A stretch of 63,958 nucleotides of DNA, filler included, from Basidioascus undulatus (Eukaryota): the NCBI GenBank assembly GCA_000826855.1. It is 3 parts of 3 records of this genome, joined end to end, with 100 filler letters (N's around TTAATTAATTAA, not from the genome) between each part and the next. Parts side by side here need not be neighbours in the genome. Positions count along the whole stretch, not along the records: positions 44,118 to 63,958 come from JTLS01000394.1; 2 more parts are not named here. The stretch is one strand, 5' to 3'. The first letter of the stretch is position 1, and each line of letters begins with the position of its first letter. Shown in pieces: positions 59,990 to 63,958 of this stretch. A model generated the notes under the pieces. That model made no database searches, was not told the DNA's origin, and worked only from the letters and a program-made list of their open reading frames with translations. The position numbers and the translations under genes are program-made.

Positions 59990-60967
59990 TATGCTGGGGC
60001 GCGCGTGCGATCGAAGAGTTAATTGAAGGGCAAGAGGGAGATGGACGTCCCAATAGGGCTGTGAAGACGCGGAAGGCCGGGTTCTTGTGCACTTGACTCG
60101 AGAAACAAAGCTCAACGCAGGTGGGAGTTGAGACCAACACGCTCGGGTTATCGCTCCGACCGCTCACCTCAGCTACGGGCGGCGGGCCTGCGCTGGGAAG
60201 CGAATCTGCCATCCTCGCTTGAGATAATAAGCCGGCGATCGGTCCGTTCAACCGAGATGGGCTTCCACGAAGGTACAGTGCTCGCCGCCCACCGCAAGCG
60301 CATGCGACACACGCACAGGCAATTGTACACCGTGATGAATGAGCCCATCAACGACAATGCGGTGTTTGTGCAAGTGCTAGTATGGGGGTGGTTGGTTGGT
60401 TATACACATCAGCCGGGGATGTCGAGAACGAGAGAGAGAAGGGGGGTAATCCTATGCTGCGGGGGAAGACGGAGCTGTCGACAACATATCAAATCGAGAG
60501 CGCGAGAGGGCAAAGAACCAAGCTAAGGGGGTTTGGGCACGAGAATGCCAAAACAGAGCAAGAGGAAGAGCGGAGATAATACGGCGAGCGCAGATATGTA
60601 TGGAAATTGTTCGCGTGGGGGTGATGCTGCGGTGATGATGAGATGGACAACGACGCAAGAGCTCGAAAGGAAAGAGCAGGATAACAGGGGTACGAAGGGG
60701 AAAGAAAAGAAGGCGCCAAAAAATAAAAGGAAATTTGTAACGACTTTCGGTGGTGGGATGGTCATATGCAACAAGTGGTGTGCGACGGGAAAAGGGATGC
60801 CAACTTTGCGATGATGGACGACGAAGACGAAAGAAGAGCGGCCGAGAAATTGAGGAATTGACGGGACGAAAAGGAGAGAACCAGCTCCCTACCTTCGCCC
60901 CGTTCCCCCCTATCTCCCTCGACATACCCAAATGCCCGGCCCGCGAGCGCGCAAACACCGGTGCATC

Positions 60968-63958
60968 TCATCGCGAGTCGAGCCGCACCTGCGCGAGCAC
61001 GCGGCTCAGCTCGCCCGCCTGGTCGGCCGACAGCTGCTCGGGCACAGTCCCGGCGGCGGGCACGGGCTGCTGCTGCTGCAGGTGCTGGTGCGGCGGGGTG
61101 ACAACGCCCATGCCGATGACAGGGACGTACGACGACTGCGGCTGCTGCGGTGCGGACGCGTATGTCGCCTGCGGGGACTCTATGAAGGGCGGCGTGGCTG
61201 CGGACGAGGACGCGTAGGTCGTGGGCGAGTCGGGAACGGTTCCGAGCGCGTAGGCCGCTGTTCGCCCGGCCGTGAGCGAGCCCATGTCGAGCGACTGCGC
61301 CCGGTTCGAGAGCGTGCGCGGCTTGGTCGCTTCGGCGCGGAGCTTCGCTTCGAGCAGCGAATCGGACCCGCGCTTGAGCGCTTCCTGCGCTGTTCGCGCC
61401 GGCTGCTTCGGGGGGTACAGTGGCGGGGGCTGCGAGAACGAGAGGTAGCGGCATTGAAGTCAGTCAAACGCTACAACAATGGAGATAGACAAAGCCAAGA
61501 AAGCGAGAATGAAACACACCATGGGAGCCGGCGCGCCCCAAACCTGCTGTTCGTGCGGCGGGTAGTAGCCGCCGGGGTGCAGCGCGACTGGCAAGGGGGG
61601 CATAGCGCCCACGGCGGTGGACCCCGCGCCAATCGCATCATCGTCGTGCGCCGCGTACCCGTACGCGGGGGAGTCGAATAGCGCCTTGACGTCCGGCGTC
61701 GAAGCTGCCGCGCGCAGCCTCCGGCCGCTCGCAGAGCCGAAGCTGTCGGCGTTCTCTGCGAGTACGAAGGCGCGGGGCGTCAATTGGAGTCATGGGAAAA
61801 GAGATAGATGCAGGAGGGAGGGAAAAGAGGACGCACCGCCCGGTGCGGAGGGCAGGAGCTTGCTGTTGAAGTGCGGGAAGGCGTCCGCGAAGGAATCTTG
61901 CCGGCTGTGGTGGTGCGTCGGCTTGGCGGACGGGTAGATAGAGACCTATCCCCTCCGAAAGCATGCATGAGTATCATCGTACGCGCGCACATTCGAAGCC
62001 CTGAAAAGGAAGGGAGAGGAAGACACACATTCCGACTCATCAAGAACTCCTCGACGAGGTCCTTGGCCGTGCCCAAGAAGTCCGCATTGCTGCGCTGGCA
62101 CCGGAAGCGGAAGACGCACTCGTCCGCGGAGGACTGCGCCTGCGCCTGGGCGTGCACGCGCGGCGTGACGGCGATCTGGAGGTCGCGCTTGAGGCGCTCG
62201 GAGAAGGCGATGAAGTCTGGCGAGAGGACGACGCGCGCGAGCTCGGGCGAGGGCGGGACGTGGTACTCTGCTTCGAACGGGACGTGGTCCTGTGCCGCCC
62301 AAGCTCAACGTTAGCCGGGCGCCCGCAGGAGAAATGGCAAAAAAGGGAGCAGGGAAACGGAAGACGCACGAGGATCATGGCCGCGGCGATGTGGACCTGG
62401 CTCTCGGGCCCGAAGATGGTGATCGCGTCCGAGGCCATCTCCTTGTGCGGGAAGCGGACGATCGAGTTCGTCTTGGCCTCGATGTCGTGGATGAAGATGG
62501 ACTTTTCGCCGAGGAGCGTGCGGTGGTACTTGCGCGGGATCGAGACGTTCTCGGCGGTGTAGTCCTTGTCCTGCGGAGGAGCATAGCGGTGAGCAGAGGA
62601 ACAGGAGAGTGGAGGGAGAGAAGGGAGGATGAAGCGCACCTTCGGATTCACGAGCTCCATCACCGACTGCTTCAGATTCTCCAGGTTCATGGCATTCTTG
62701 GCCGGCGTGCGCGCCACGACGTTGTCCTCGTTGTCGAGGTACCCTCCAAGGGCAGCGAACTCCTCCGCGTTCTGTCCATGCACCTGCCAAAGATCAGCAC
62801 CCGCCTCTACAATCACGACGAGCAAGAGGGGAAAGCGGAGAGACGACGCACCGAGAACTTGACGTAGACGCCATACTTCTTCATGATCCGTTGGATGTTC
62901 TTGCCGCCGACGCCGATGATGCGCTTGTGGTACGCCTCGGGCACGTGGAACGAGATCTCGGCGGGGAGCTCTTCCTGGAGCATCGTCAGGCCCGTGAGCG
63001 CGCCAACGTCCGATCCGGCGACCTGCATACCCATTCTCGCAGTCAGGTTCAAGTCCCGCGCCACGTCCAAAAGGAGAGCGAGAGAACGAGGAGAGGAATG
63101 GGGAGGAGGGAATGGAAGGCAAACGCACGTCGATTAAAAAGTTGTAATCCGAAAGCGTCTCAAACTTTATCTTTACGTTCGCGTTCTTCATGATCTTGTT
63201 GATCTTGCCGTTCTTCTTGCCCGAGATAAAGTCGCGATGTTCGTTCGCGAGCTCGATCTGGAACCGGATCTCGTGGTGGAAGTTCTATCCGCGCCCGAAT
63301 GTGTCCGTCCGTCAGGCGGTCGAGGAAAAAGAAAAGCGGAGAATGGAGAGACAACGCACCTTGACGATCTCCAGTTCCAGCACGCCCGCGACGGCCTTCC
63401 GGACCTCGCTCTCCAAGCCATGCATCTCAAAGCAATTGCTCTTGAAGACGACCTCGGCGCCGGACGTGCTCGCGATGCGCTTGAGCGCCGCGGGCATCGA
63501 GGCGGGGTTGATCGTGGGCGCGGGGAGGAGCGGGTCGAACGCGATGGGGAGGAGCCAGAAGGAGGCGACGTAGAACTGGCAAGCCTGTAAACCACACCAT
63601 ACGCAATCAGCTGTGTGTTCTCCTTCTGCCCCGAGGAAGACGAAGAGCGAGGAAATGGAGAAGGGCAAGAGGAGGGACGACTTACGAGCTGCATGACCCC
63701 CCTGATCGTGCGCTCGATGCACACGCGCTGGTCGCCATAGACACTGACCAAGCTCGCCTGCGAGCCGAGGACAGGGAGGTTCACAAACGTCCCGTTGTCG
63801 CTCATGATCGCTTTCAGCTCCTCGATACGCTCCTGGAGGAGCCAGTCGAGCTTGCGCGGGAGGAGCGCCGTGTCGCGCGAGATGATGCACTTGGACTTGA
63901 GGGGGCTGTCAGCTGCCCTCTTCGTTGCCGGGGAAGGGGAGGAGAGGGAGGGGGAGAG
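60968..63958 (-). CDS. Multi-KH-domain RNA-binding protein (Mug60/YLL032C-like), 5' end outside the window
   Basis: IRFQIELANEHRDFISGKKNGKINKIM, EISFHVPEAYHKRIIGVGGKNIQRIMKKYGVYVKFS, NVVARTPAKNAMNL, IPRKYHRTLLGEK. Confidence 0.88.

Noticed and set aside
1..63958. CRISPR array, prokaryotic operon or defence system, or secondary-metabolite cluster
   Set aside because: No regularly spaced repeats; genes are spliceosomal; no PKS, NRPS or terpene synthase backbone seen.

Overview
Eukaryotic, intron-rich fungal DNA, most likely a basidiomycete. This is inferred from GTGCGT/GTGAGT/GTACGT donors, CTGAC/CTCAC branch sites, short introns and basidiomycete-type F-box, BTB and MYND families; the species cannot be named. 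The supplied ORF track shows only exon pieces, so gene models were stitched by eye and boundaries are approximate. Apparently intact GC-rich genes: an SDR, QRI7, a SET methyltransferase, EPL1, a MetE-like core enzyme, an ING PHD protein, a multi-pass membrane protein, DUF2237, a zf-C3H1 protein, class II DAHP synthase (3' end), a GST-like protein, an AA9 LPMO, WRAP73/WDR8, ornithine cyclodeaminase/mu-crystallin and a Mug60-like KH protein. There are also two intron-containing tRNAs (Asn-GTT, Arg-CCG). About a dozen decayed genes are interleaved: ADH, an SDR duplicate, two F-box, MYND, an IleRS C-terminus, GH31, GH25, BTB (plus a weak second relic) and two membrane proteins. Two 100-bp N/TTAATTAATTAA blocks are assembly spacers. 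I found no convincing new multi-gene system. The best leads are the dense pseudogenisation (including a relic of an essential tRNA synthetase), an AA9 LPMO with an atypical second coordination sphere and an unrecognised CX6C-X11-CX6C tail, an 87-bp TIR/TSD element, and a start codon split by an intron.
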